Translations under genes and position numbers: made by a program | Source: Felis catus | Taxonomy: Eukaryota | DNA: 64,000 bases | Direction: 5' to 3' | Assembly (NCBI RefSeq): GCF_018350175.1 | Contig: NC_058368.1 | Coordinates: forward strand, 95,296,001-95,360,000 | Part shown: piece by piece, positions 11,243-23,432 of the stretch | Position numbering within the stretch: position 1 is the stretch's first letter | Layout: every line of letters begins with the position of its first letter | Notes under the pieces: generated by a model | The model's input: the letters and a program-made list of their open reading frames with translations, nothing else | What the model was told of the DNA's origin: nothing | Database searches by the model: none

Positions 11243-14188
11243 TCGTACGATTTGTTTTAAATCTAAAAGGGAAGGTAAATGTCTGATTTGTTAGAATATA
11301 TGATGTCAATTCTCTTAGCCAGAGCACTTCCTAGAAGGAAACAGATCTGTACAACAGAGGCCTTACCCTGTCACGTATGGGTGGGTATGTGAGTATCTAA
11401 TGCACTTAAAATATAATAAACACAGGGTGCCGAGTGCCGTGGAGCTAACATCAAGAACAGGGTACAGGATCATGGTCCTGTCGTGCGTATCTCAGGGACG
11501 GGCCAACTTTCATTTTTCTCTTTAGCAGCCTGGCCATCTTTAATCAGCTGGCTTGCTTTTATCAAGCTCCTTATGTTGTAGAGGGATTGTGTCCTTCCTT
11601 CCAATCTCCATGTTGTTCTGGCAGCCAGGTGAGCCTGGCTTTCCCCCAGCCCCCCACCCCTACCCCATCAGAGATGTGTAACAGTGAGCAGTAGACCTGG
11701 GGGACTGTGTGAGCTGTTGCCATGGTCACTCGCCAGCGTGCCCAAGGACAAGTCCCTGCATCCGCTGTGAGACTTCATTAGAGACAGAGCAACATGTGAC
11801 CGCAAACCTCGAATCACCTTGTTAAGAACCAGGGTCTGGCCTTGTTCCTTTATGTAGTTTTGCCCCATGAGCGGAGTGGAGCTGATTTGTGGCCAACAGA
11901 CCAGTGGATTCTTAACACTGAAATAAACACACCAACACTCCAAACGCCATTGATAGGACCAACAAGCAAAATTATAGCAACGCGAGGGGAAACAATGACA
12001 ATATTGTTTTATACCAAAAACAGTAATTTGCACAAACCGCTGACATGATTTTAGATACTTGTAATTATAGTATGGACAGAATTTTTGCATTTTTTTTTTT
12101 CACAACACATGCCTTTGTGAACAGTTTTCCATGTGACTTTGTGGCCTTTGTAATTGGTTACATTACTATGTAAAGGAAGGTAAACAGGATTTTTAGGCAT
12201 CCCCCCCTCCCAGACACTAGCAACATAGGAGGACAATCACTAGAGATCTAAACCGTCTCTAATTTTGATTACAGACTGTAATTCAGTGATGGGGGGGGTG
12301 GTTTCCACTGCTCAGACGTTGTTTTCTTTTCCTTCAAAGCACGTCCGTGGATTTCTTTGCTTATCTCTCTGCAATATATTCTTGAATTGGGCCTTGCTTG
12401 TCTTTTCTACTCAGCCAGGGATTTATTCTTCATTAGGAGGAAGGAACATCCGACCTCGCGTCGCACTAGGCACACGACCGGGGGCCTCAGTTAGGATTTC
12501 TGATCACCCAGAGTCATTTTGAGAACTCCCCTTAGAGAAAACGAGCCTCCTTATTTATTTTTTTTTATTTTTTTTTCATTTGAAGCTTCTGCAGAAGTGA
12601 GAAAATGTATCCAGAATTCAGGCAGATTAACAGCGTGCTTCCGGAATGCAGGAAATTTCAATGACCTTGATTCTCCTTCCGTCTTGAGGGGTCAGAAGAG
12701 AGAGGTGCTACGGATGCTTGGGGGGAGGGGGGGCAGCATCTCCGTGTCCAGGAACAGAGCTCTGATTCTGCAGCAGCAGTCGACTGGCTTTGACGGTGTG
12801 AGGTCTCAGGCCCGCAGGGAAAGGCTGGGCATCTGGCTGGAAGCTGCATCTGTGAGTGCAGAACTCCCACAGCCAGCCTGGGCCCTGCGCCCTCCCCTCC
12901 GGGACGTTCCCACCAGCTTGCCTGCTCTCAGACTCACTGTCTGACAGAGGGAGGACCCACCTCGGCGCACAGGGGCACAGCAGCACAATCTGTGTGGCAC
13001 CTGTTAGCCACACACAGCGGGGCTGTCTGTCACTGCTTAGAACCCACCTGCCACCGAGAGAGAGGGAGGCTCTCTGAACACGACCTTGGACATGGTTGAG
13101 AGCACAGATTGCCAATGGGGGTCCTCCTGTACATGGTGAGGGCAACCCCTAGAATTCTAGGCCCCAGAGTAAAGAAAAAAAGCCCTTGTGAGACTAACCC
13201 CACCTAATAAAACTGGGGGAACCACATAACTGGGAAACATTGTCAGCGAAGGGAAACAGGGATTATTAAAACATTGACAAATCTTTCGAGTTCGATGGCC
13301 TGGAATCACATCCGAATAGAGTGAATAGTAATGGCAGCAGACGTTCTAATGAAGAGGTCACAATTTTATTTGAGTCGGCTGGACAAAGAGAGGGGCTTTC
13401 TTGATTGTTCTTGGTTTGACGGTTTTCAGCCTACAAAACAAATTCTTTTTTTTTTTCCTCCTACAATTATGTTAAATTACTGTCCGCCTCTGGGGGAACA
13501 TTTTGCATATGGATGCCCTCTGATCTGCCTTCCCCCACTCTGTCTTTCAAGCAAGCAGTCTGGGAGGGTCATTTGCAGTGCAAGGGCCTGGTGGCAGGAG
13601 GGTGGCCCAGGCACATGAGCAGCAACCACAACCGGTTTAAAAGTCTAATCTGACTGTAGCCTGTAGGTAGTTACTTTGATGGCTTCCACCCATCATCATC
13701 CTTGTCAGAACAGGGGGTGGGGGGTGGCGGCCAGATCACTCACAGACAGTCAAAACTTCTGCTGAGAGAGAAGATGTTATGATCTGTTAATGATGTTAGC
13801 ACAATTAAGAAGTTGGGGCTGATCGCTCAGAACTTCCAGTGCATAAAAATCAGCAGCCATTTTAGTTGAAAAGCTACATCCCGTGACCTGTTTTTAATTG
13901 ACTTCCCTCCTCCCCGCACCCTTCAAAGCGAGGGCTCTGCTAAAGCCACCAGTTCTGACTTTGAAGCTTCCTTGAAAAAGAGAAGAAAAAAACAGAGGCC
14001 AAAAGTCAAGGGCTTTCAATCACACATGTTTCAGGCCAAATTTACAAATGTCTTTTTTTTTTTTTTTGAATAAATGTCTTTTTTGAGTTTCGCAAAAGGT
14101 TACTTTCAGTGTGTTCTTGGATCTGGAAAAACAAAAAAGAGAAATCGAGACATGCCATATTGATCACTTGAAAAAAATCTTATTGAAA

Positions 14189-14390
14189 GGTGCCTGGGTG
14201 GCTCGGTCAGTTGAGTGTCCGACTTTGGCTCAGGTCATGATCTCACAGTTTGTGGGTTCAAGCCCCGCGTTGGGCTCTGTGCTGACAGCTCGGAACCTGG
14301 AGCCTGCTTCAGATTCTGTGTCTCTGTCTCTCTCTGTCTCTCCCCTTCTCTGTCTCTCTCTCTCTCTCAGAAATAAACACTAAAAAAAAT
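14189..14390 (+). mobile_element. Can-SINE (SINEC_Fc-like)
   Basis: Head, body, (CT)n and tail present; TSD AATCTTATT on both sides. Confidence 0.95.
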
Positions 14391-15175
14391 TTGTTTTAAT
14401 CTTATTTAACAATCGGTCCAGTCACGATTGTATGCTTTTCTTCTGATGATCGAAGATAACATTTCTGATATATATGGGATAGGAGATCAGCTTCTTTTTC
14501 CTTTGAAATACCTCTTCTATAATGCAATGATCACATCATGGCCAGTGGCTGGTTCTCTCCGACAGCCTTTGCTGAACCCTGTGGACAGGGAACTGTGAGT
14601 CAGTTATGGTTCTGTGAAGTACCTACCGTTCATGAGTTCATGGTCTGTGCTCAGGGAGCACATCATCATCGATAACCACCTTTAATTATTCATATTACAG
14701 AAATAAAATCCCAATAATTTGATGTTACATTGACTATTTGCCAAGGTTCAGACACATATGAAGACTGTTTGCAAGTGTATGGAAGAAAACAAGATATTTT
14801 AGCTCATTTTGTAAAGAATACTCTGATGATAGATTCAGGTAAGCACTCAGAACATTAAAAAAGGTGGCCGGGGACCCCTGGGCAACGCCTGCAATACGTT
14901 GCAAAGCCTTTGTTTCTTTGGGGCTAGAATACATTGCAGCCCATTTAGTTTGGTTCCCATTCATGGGTCTTCAAGTCAAAGCTAACTCTCTTTTTTATAT
15001 TGGCATCTCCTTCTTACTTTGACAATGTCGAATATCTTGGGTTCTTTATTAGACAGTAGCTCATATTTGCATAATGCTTTTCCATTTGGAACACCCAACC
15101 CCACCTCCTCGCCCAGCATAAAATTATTTAAACCCAACTCCAATCCTGTGAGGCACTCTTACTGTTATCTCTATC

Positions 15176-15364
15176 TTTTTTTTTAAAGCCTATTTATTAA
15201 TTTTTGAGAGAGTGGGGGAGAGAGGCAGAGAGAGAGAATCCTGAGCAGTCTCCCCACCATCAGTGCAGAGCCTGACACAGGGCTGGAACTCACAAACGGT
15301 GACATCATGATCTGAGCAGAAATCAAGAGTGGAACACTTAACGACTGAGACTCTCAGGTGGCCC
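15176..15364 (-). mobile_element. Can-SINE (diverged)
   Basis: T tail, GA-rich segment, ATCATGATCTGAGCAGAAATCAAGAG body. Confidence 0.9.
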
Positions 15365-15433
15365 ACATTTTCCTTCTGTTAAGTGGAACCTAGATTAACT
15401 AAGATTTCCAGTTTTCCCTTGCCCACAATTTAG

Positions 15434-15551
15434 ATTATAATGAATGAGATTTTGTAATATCATAGTATTTGAATGTTATTTAGGCTCTTACATTCATTAT
15501 AATGAATGAGATTTTGTAATATAGTATTTGAATGTTATTTAGGTTCTTACA
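15434..15551. repeat. Tandem duplication, period about 62 bp
   Basis: 15434-15492 and 15496-15551 differ by one 3-nt indel and one substitution. Confidence 0.95.
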
Positions 15552-15592
15552 ATTAAGGTTAAAAGTAAGACTTTATTTACAAAATTATTTTA

Positions 15593-15967
15593 ATATACAC
15601 AATGGAATACTACTTGGCAATGAGAAAGAATGAAATCTGGCCATTTGTAGCAACGTGGATGGAACTGGAGGGTGTTATGCTAAGTGAAATAAGTCAGGCA
15701 GAGAAAGACAGATACCATATGTTTTCACTCTTATGTGGATCCTGAGAAACTTAACAGAAGACCAGGGGGGAGGGGAAGGGGGGAAAAAGTTAGAGAGGGA
15801 AGGAGGCAAACCATGAGAGACTCTTAAATACTGAAAATAAACTGAGGGTTGTTGGGGGGTGCAGGGGAGGGAAAAGTGGGTGATGGGCATTGAGGAGGTC
15901 ACCGTTGGGATGATCACTGGGTGCTGTATGGAAACCAATTTGACAACAAATTTCATATTAAAAAAAT
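15593..15967 (+). mobile_element. Young L1 (L1_Fc-like), 5'-truncated 3' fragment
   Basis: Encodes ORF2p C-terminus YTMEYYLAMRKNEIWPFVATWMELEGVMLSEISQAEKDRYHMFSLLCGS*, then G-rich 3' UTR and A tail; TSD AATTATTTTA at 15583 and 15968. Confidence 0.96.
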
Positions 15968-16005
15968 AATTATTTTATTTATTGAGATTTTTTTAAACCT
16001 TTTAG

Positions 16006-16039
16006 GTTTTTTTTCTTTAATGTTTATTTTTGAGAGAGG

Positions 16040-16077
<38 letters not shown>

Positions 16078-16245
16078 ATGAGCGAGGGAGGGGCAGAGAG
16101 AGAGAGGGAGACACAGAATCTGAAGCAGGCTCCAGGCTCCCAGCTGTCAGCACAGAGCTGGACGTGGGGCTCAAACTCACAGACTGTGAGATCATGACCT
16201 GAGCTTATGTCTGATGCTTAACTGACTCAACCCCTCAGGCGCCCC
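16006..16245 (-). mobile_element. Can-SINE (SINEC_Fc-like)
   Basis: Full body with (GA)n, tail-to-tail with the L1. Confidence 0.95.
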
Positions 16246-16344
16246 CTCCTGTGCCTCTATTCTAATTCTCTAGTCAAAAGGCTACACTTTATTCTGGGAA
16301 ATGTGCAAGACGCATATCACCAACAAGGACCCCTTGGCATTCAG

Positions 16345-16620
16345 ATTCATTCATTTACCATTTTTGAGTCCTGTTGTTTACCGTACTCAGTCTTAGCACG
16401 AGGATACTGCAGGAACACATCTGGCCCCTTTGTCCTCTTGGGTGTTGAGGGGTGGGGGATGGGGGAGTGGGATAGAAAATAGATGTTGACAAAAAGACTT
16501 TCTGGTAGCTATAAGCGTTATGGAGAGAGCAGAGTAAGGGAATATGGTGAGTAGCTAGGGGTGATGGGTTAGAGGTGGTGGTTTAGGAGGTAGGACCCCT
16601 TGGTCCCTGATTTTAGTAGG
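16345..16620 (-). mobile_element. L2 relic
   Basis: TTCATTCATTTACCATTTTTGAGTCC..CTTAGCACGAGGATACTGCAGGAAC is the antisense L2 3' end pattern. Confidence 0.55.
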
Positions 16621-17605
16621 GTGTTCATTGTCGGCCTGTCCCCAGACACTCAGATGAGTGTTGTTTTATAAGTTCTTGCCTGGGCAGCATGGGGATTCTG
16701 CCTGTGCATCGCATGAGCTCTTTGTCAGAGAATGGTTTTCATTTTACAGGGAAAACAGAGAGAGAGAGATGTCAAGGCACTCGGTCGGGGTCAGGCAGAT
16801 GACCTGTGCGAGGTTAGAGCCATATTCTAGGTTCTGACAATAGAATTCCTTCTGTCACACCGTACAACATTGATTTGCAAGAGACACACATGCCCCCTGT
16901 CTGAACGTCCTTCCTCACTTAGGCCAAAGGCTAGGGAAATGCAAGCAGGGACACACACATGTCCCTTGTAGCCCAAAGCCCCACGTTCCCCAACAGCAGG
17001 CTCAGGTGTGAACAAATGGACACACTTTATCACAAGCTTCCAGATTATTGGTTAGAAGAGAAGGAAGCAAGGCGATTTTAGCCATTGCTGCAAATTTCCC
17101 TCGTGTGCGGCAATCAGGCGTGGATTGTCCGGGCCTCCTGGGGACCTCTGTGCTGTGGCGATTCTTTGTGGAGAATTAGACAAAGGGCTTGGCAAGGCTG
17201 GTGGTTCTCAGGCCACGTCTGCCATGGAAACCCAGCCAGGTCAGCTTACTAACCACAACAGACATTTGGTCCGATCCCAGGAGTTCACCTCTGTCTCTGT
17301 GGTGGAGACCTGGAAGCACAAACTGGCCTCCAACAAAGCCACTCGGCCACGTGTGCCAGACCCGGGCCACCCTCAGAGCCTGTTGTTTTAGCTGGTTTCA
17401 TCATCTTTGGCTCTACTTTTGGAAAAGCGGTTTCATGTAATTGAAACAGTGAAACATTTTGTTTTCTCACCATAGAACGCATGTTCATTGCAGACAATTG
17501 AGAAATTATTGAGGACTGTGAGAAATATACATCCCTGACAGTGATGGTTAATACATGTGCAAAGTAAAGCCCCAGTGTGTTTTTCTCTGATTTAAAATAC
17601 TTTTT

Positions 17606-17770
17606 GGGGGCATCTGTGTGGCTCAGTTGGCTAAGCGTCTGCCTTCGGCTCAGGTCATAATCTTCGTGAGTTTGAGCCCTGCATCGGGCTCTGTACTGTC
17701 AGTGCAGAGCTTGCTTCAGAGTCTCTCTCTCTCTCTCTCTCACAAAATTAAATAAATGTTAAAAAAAAAA
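17606..17770 (+). mobile_element. Can-SINE, internally deleted
   Basis: Head and tail present; TSD AAAAT(A/G)CTTTTT. Confidence 0.92.
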
Positions 17771-18765
17771 TTAAAATGCTTTTTTAAAAATAAAAAAAAA
17801 ACGGTCATCCTGTCACTTGCTTTGCAACGAGCTACTTTGTTTTTATTTTTCTTAATGCTATCATAATATCATCCAGATTTTTACCGACAGCCTACTACAT
17901 CTCAGCTACAAAAATTCTGTAAAACAGCTGCCATAATTCCTTTTTACAGCTGAAGAAACGAGGGTTCTGAGATCGTTTGTTCTTGCTCTCCCTTCTCTCA
18001 TTAGATAACCTCATTCCTGGCTGGGTCTCACGGTTCATTTGTCAGCTCTGGCTCAAAATCTTATTGTCAGCCCTGACCTTTCCTGTCCGCCTTAGACTTT
18101 TATATCCACTTGCCTACTTGACATCTCAATTGGATCTCAGAGGCGCTCAGGACTCAACCCTTCCAAGATCGTGCACAGGGACCCGGCACGGTGATGCACC
18201 GGGGTCTGTGTCTCTGTCCTCACAGCCTCCGTCCGGGGCACTGTCTTAGCCCATCTCCAGCAGGACACCCTTGACCTTCTTGAATTTATTGTCTGCACAG
18301 CAGCCGAGGGATCTTTTCAAAATGCAAATCCGGTTATGCCACCACCAACTTCTAAGACTTGAGTGACCTTCCTCTGCTCTTCAGGTAAAGACCGGAATCC
18401 TGAACGTGGCCCACGCAGCCGGCGTGTTCCGTCTGCCTCCCTACCTGCCCCCACACGCAGCGCTGCTGTCACACAGACGTTTTTCTAGTTCGTTTCACTA
18501 AATCTCAGCTGGACTTTTGGACCTGTTGTGTCTTCCCGACCCCACGCCCCAAGTCTTCTCTGGCTGCATAATTTCTGCTTTGTCTTTAGATGCTGGCCCC
18601 ACGAGCACGTCTTGAGAGAAGGCTTCCTGGATCCACTGTGACCACGTCCGTTTTTCTCGTATTATTCACTGTCTGAGCACGGTGCCACTCTCTCTTCCTT
18701 GTCTGTAGCTCTTACGGCAGCTGTAAACTGATTGGTCTGATTCTTTGATCAAAGACTGTCATGCC

Positions 18766-18940
18766 GGGGCGCCTGGGTGGCTCTGTCTGTTGAGCGTCCG
18801 ACTTCGGCTCAGGTCGCGATCTCACGGTTTGTGAGTTCAAACCCCACGTCGGGCTCATTGCTGTCAGCACAGAGCCGGCTTCGGATCCTCTCTTCTCTTT
18901 GGATCCTGCTCACACTCCCGAAAATAAATACTTAAAAAAT
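18766..18940 (+). mobile_element. Can-SINE followed by (TA)n(TG)n
   Basis: Canonical head; TSD-like AAGA(CTG/T)TCATGCC at 18752 and 18989. Confidence 0.93.
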
Positions 18941-19060
18941 CATTCATATATATTATACATATATACATATATGTGTGTGTGTGTGTGTAAAGATTCATGC
19001 CGTTTAGTCATAGGCTCCTTGAGAGCAGGAATCATACCTATTTGTGTCTACCATGAAGTC

Positions 19061-19318
19061 TTTTTTTTTTAATTTTTAAATTTTTTTATTTTTAAGATTT
19101 TATTAAAAAAAATTTTATTAACGTTTATTTATTTTTGAGAGAGAGTCAGTGTGCAAGTGGCAGAGGGGCAGAGAGAGAGGGAGACATAGAATCCGAAGCA
19201 GGCTCCAGGCTCTGAGCCATCAGCACAGAGCCCGACATGGGGCTCGAACTCGTGAACTGCGAGATCATGACCTGAGCTGAAGTCGGAGGCTCAACCGACT
19301 GAGCCACCCAGGCACCCC
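19061..19318 (-). mobile_element. Can-SINE (SINEC_Fc-like)
   Basis: Full body; TACCAT on both flanks. Confidence 0.96.
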
Positions 19319-20074
19319 TACCATTACATCTTTATTGCCTGGAGCACTGCCGGGCCCACTAACCATGTGTTGGATGAATAAACTGTATGGCTCGTCAAGA
19401 TTTACCCACTTCAAGGGGCGAAGCCAGGATGGAACCCTCCTGTTGGTCCTATGACTTGGTGATATCAGGAAGGCATAAAGCATTTATGTGAAATGTATGA
19501 TAATATCCTCCAACGTTCTGGACCATTCCCAAGATCTCTGAACCTACCTGTGTCTCCTTCCACATGGCTACCTACCTACACAAAGGGAAGCATTGGCGTT
19601 GCTTGCTGAGGAGAATTTAATTGTGACAGCATTGTTTCAATTCATCCGTTTTGAAGCACACGTATCCTGAGCCTTGGGTCAGACACCAGGGAGAAAAGTC
19701 AAACAGAAAAGCATGCTCTGAGGACAACATGCCGAGAGGTATGAGGACAGCAGCCAAGGGACAGTGGCAACAAGGTCAAGTTTCCCAGGAGTGGTATGGA
19801 CAAGCAGAGATTACAGACCATTTTAACTGGAAGAGACCCCAGGGATCCTCTTGTCCACCCTTCTAATTTTCTAGATTTCTCTGATATGGTCAAGTTTGTA
19901 CGTTTAACTACTGGAAGCTCCTGGAGTAAACGAGTATCAACTGAATGTTCATTGATAGGCTTCCATGTGTTTGGGGTAGGGAATGTAGGGAAAGGAACTT
20001 AAAAGCTAGTGAATTTATAACAACAAATAGTCACAGTGAAAGCAGTATTTTGTGTTAATACGACGCTTTCATGT

Positions 20075-20290
20075 GGGGCGCCTGGGTGGCTCAGTCGGTT
20101 GGGCGTCTGGCTTCGGCTCAGGTCTTGATCTCACGGTCCGTGAGTTCGAGCCCCACGTCGGGCTCTGTGCTGATGGCTCGGAGCCTGGAGTCTGCTTCGG
20201 ATTCTGTGTCTCCCTCTCTCTCTGCCCCTCCCCTGCTCATGCTCTCTCTCTGTCTCAAAAATAAATAAAAACATTAAAAAATTTAAAAAA
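20075..20290 (+). mobile_element. Can-SINE (SINEC_Fc-like, young)
   Basis: CpG-rich body; 18-bp TSD AATACGA(C/T)GCTTTCATGT at 20057 and 20290. Confidence 0.98.
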
Positions 20291-20344
20291 ATACGATGCT
20301 TTCATGTTTGCAAATTCCTGTTGTGTGCTGCCCATCAGGCAAGG

Positions 20345-20470
20345 CTCACCAAACCGCTGTGGTAGGCCTGCGATGCTACGTAGGAGGAAAGATGGCGTGA
20401 CTTGTCCAAAGCCACAGGTCCCCTACGTAGCAGAGCTCAGCCCCGATCTGGATGCCCAGACTCCAAGCTT
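20345..20470 (-). mobile_element. MIR fragment
   Basis: GTGACTTGTCCAAAGCCACAG..GCAGAGCTCAG..CAGACTCCAAG resembles antisense MIR. Confidence 0.5.
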
Positions 20471-21979
20471 GGTGATGGTTGCATTGCCTGTTGCTGCTGA
20501 GTTAAGTGTAAAAACATATGCTACAGTTCTCCAGAATCTCTCAAGTGCCCTGCAGAGGTGGAGGCTCACCTTCCAAGTTTAGGAATGCGCTAGGAATAAT
20601 GCAGAACCTGATCTGAAGCGACCCTAAACCTCTCTTAGGCTCAGCCCTTCCCTCAGGATGAGGCAGGATGCCAGAGCTCACGGGGCAGTGATTCTGTGCC
20701 AAGTTCAGCAGGGAGCATTGGATTAAGAGTCTCATGTTGACAGCAGTTTTGTCTCGTGACGGTGTACAAAGCCTGGCTTACGTGCTCCTTTCGCACCTGG
20801 GAGGACTGGAATACATTTCTGTTTGCAGACACATGTACCTCGATACGTACATCTATCATAAAAAGCAGAAATGTTTCTTTGAAAACAATTCACTGTTACC
20901 CTTCCACTTCAGTCATGTGGTTAAGTTTTGAATGTAGTTTTCTTTCCCGAGTCCGCGAAAAAGGTGTTTGTCTTCCCCCTCCTTTAACCAGCTGGGTGCC
21001 AGCGTTTTCTTTCCTTCTCTGGATGTGACGCGAGTTCAATGTTTTGCTTCTGTCTGCTATTCCAGCTGGTAACCTGCAGGTAGTTGGATGAAAGAGGTTT
21101 TCTCTCAACTCAGGCAGTGGCCCGAGGCCCACCCCAAGAGCAGATATACACAAACACACACACAAACACCGTGAAGTACAATAGTTTGACGTACAGGATG
21201 CTTTGCAGAGAGAGGGCAGTTCCCTTGTAGCCATGGTCCCGTGTGGGCCGGCGCAGGGCAATGAAATTGGCCGCTCTCCGTGCAAATCAGCATCCTGGAA
21301 AAGGAAGGTCTGGGTCAAGAGGAAGGAATATTCCATCCTGAGGAAGAAAGATTAGGTTTGTTCAGAATGATTGCTTGGGGAGAGCTTCCACATTTACAAT
21401 GCACTACAGCCCTTAATTTAGCCTGCTATCAGTCCGAGATTACTAAACTGTACTTAGAAGAAAGGCGTATTCATTATTGTTAGGAAGCAATCTAATTTTA
21501 GAACCATTACTAGAATAAAACTCAGGAATATGATAATATTTAACTAGAAATGTGACTAATAAAGCGCCCCGTATTTCCACATTTAGCTGTTTAAAGGCTG
21601 TAATTAAACGTAAATAGTGCAACAGGGAAACTTCTTGTGGGTGCTCCGGTAAAGAGGGAATTGCTTTTAGCAAGCATTGTTTGGTTGAATGAGCTACTGA
21701 AATGATAGATTGCCTTTTCAGATTTGGACACATCATTTAGATGAGAGATTGTATGACATTTTTTGTTTTTTGTTTTTTTTTTTTTTTCCTATTTAAGCTG
21801 GGTGGAGACCAGGGGTCCTTCCTAATTATCACAGGACATATGTGACTACTTCGCTACCGATCGACGAGAAACCCCCTCTGACTATGGAGACATACGGCTA
21901 GAGGCACAGAAGAGGTGTTGAGACCAGGTAGCTCAGCCCTCACCAAACTTGGTAATTCACAGATAGTTTGTTACCATCA

Positions 21980-22260
21980 TAAATTTCCCTTCCTGTTTTC
22001 TTATACCTCCTTTCTTTTTTTCTCTTTCTCTCTCTCCTTCCTTCCTTCCTTCCTCCCTCTTTCTTTTCTCTTTTCTTTTCTTTTCTTTTCTTTTCTTTTC
22101 TTTTCTTTTCTTTTCTTTCTCTTCATTGCCTTTGCATTTTGGCTAAGACTTCCAAAACAGTGACAGTTAAGGATAAGGATTTTAGTTATTTTTGTCTTCT
22201 TGAATTTGATGGGAAAACTTATTTGCTTTTAATGATGATGCTAGTTGAATGTTTTGTGTC
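21980..22260 (-). mobile_element. Ancient L1M ORF2 relic hosting a microsatellite
   Basis: TTGCATTTTGGCTAAGACTTCCAAAACAGTG..TTTGTCTT..GATGGGAAAACT..ATGATGCTAG resembles antisense L1M ORF2. Confidence 0.5.
22006..22124. repeat. Compound pyrimidine microsatellite (CT/CCTT/TTTTC)n
   Basis: 119 consecutive pyrimidines. Confidence 0.95.
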
Positions 22261-22388
22261 TGTATTCTCTCTGTCTCAGAAAGTTGTGGTGCTTGATGGT
22301 AGTCCCTGAAGAGCCCTCTGGTGGGGTTTGGTGGGGGAGGGGGGAAGTATTTTATGATCTTTATGATTTTTTTTTAAAGAGGGGAAGA

Positions 22389-22619
22389 TTTTTTTTTAAA
22401 TTTTTTTTTTAACGTTTATTCATCTTTGAGAGACAGAGAAAGAGCAAGACAGTGCATAAGCGGGGGAGGGGCAGAGAGAGGGAGACACAGAATCCGAAGC
22501 AGGCTCCAGGCTCTGAGCTGTCAGCATAGAGCCTGACGCGGGGCTCGAACTCACGAACTGAGAGATCATGACCTGAGCTGAAGTCGGACGCTCAACCGAC
22601 TGAGCCACCCAGGCACCCC
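22389..22619 (-). mobile_element. Can-SINE (SINEC_Fc-like)
   Basis: Near-consensus full body. Confidence 0.97.
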
Positions 22620-22935
22620 TATGATATTTATGCTTTGAGACCCGTATGATTCTTAATTCCTACAGCCTTACCCTCATTAAGGCCTACTTAGCCTTGTCCA
22701 CATCTCCAGGACCAGCCCCTGACCTGAGTCAGGAGACTTTTGGAGGGCTAGCCTGGCATGCTGGGTGAAGTTTTAAACTGTCTTTAATGCTGGTTCCTCT
22801 CTGAACTTACATGCTCTGGCTCTGACATAAGGATTTCTGCCTCATCCCCAATGCTTGGTCTTTACTTTGCACTGAGTTCTATCTTGTAAGTGAATCTTTG
22901 CATTTCTGTCTCTTTAAGTTGCCTCTGACAAGTAC

Positions 22936-23135
22936 TGGTTAGTATAGTGGCTCTAGACCAGTGGGCCTGGGTTCAAATCCTCTTTCTTCTACTGAGTAGC
23001 CGTTTGACCTTGGGCAAGTGAGGTCATGTCTCTGTCAAATGAGGGTAATAGCAGTACTTGTCTCACAAGGATGCTGTAAGCTTTAAATTAAATAATGCAC
23101 ATAAGACCTAAGCAGGACGCTCTGCACGTAGTATG
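22936..23135 (+). mobile_element. MIR
   Basis: GGCTCTAGACC..CCTGGGTTCAAATCC..TGACCTTGGGCAAGT..AAATGAGGGTAATAGCAGTAC..TCACAAGGATGCTGT is the classic MIR pattern. Confidence 0.85.
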
Positions 23136-23432
23136 GCATTCCCTGAAAACGGGGACTTGTCACTGCTGGTGGAAAATGCAGTCGCCCTGCTGTCAGTGTG
23201 AATTGTGTCTGAGTGCCTTCTGTCAACCTTCTTTCAAGGTTGGCTGTCCACTGTGTGATTCTTGATCTTGGTGGTTGGGGATCTGCTACCTGCTGTGAGG
23301 CTCACCTGGGCGGGACAGCCCAGAGCCGCTTACGGACCTTCGGAAAAATGGGTGTTCTAAGCTCTCCTACTGCCTGACCTCAGGTTGCACTGTTCTGTCT
23401 GCTGATGGAAACTTTTTTCAAAGACTCACTTC

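Larger units (their letters stand above)
17990..19385 (+). mobile_element. L2 relic interrupted by two SINEs
   Basis: TATATCCACTTGCCTACTTGACATCTC, CAGCAGCCGAGGGATCTTTTCAAAATGCAAATC, GCTCCTTGAGAGCAGGAA and TGTTGGATGAAT are collinear L2 motifs. Confidence 0.75.

Noticed and set aside
12519..13145. Cluster of overlapping 64-145 aa ORFs
   Set aside because: Locally higher GC reduces stop-codon frequency; no recognisable protein and no CpG island.
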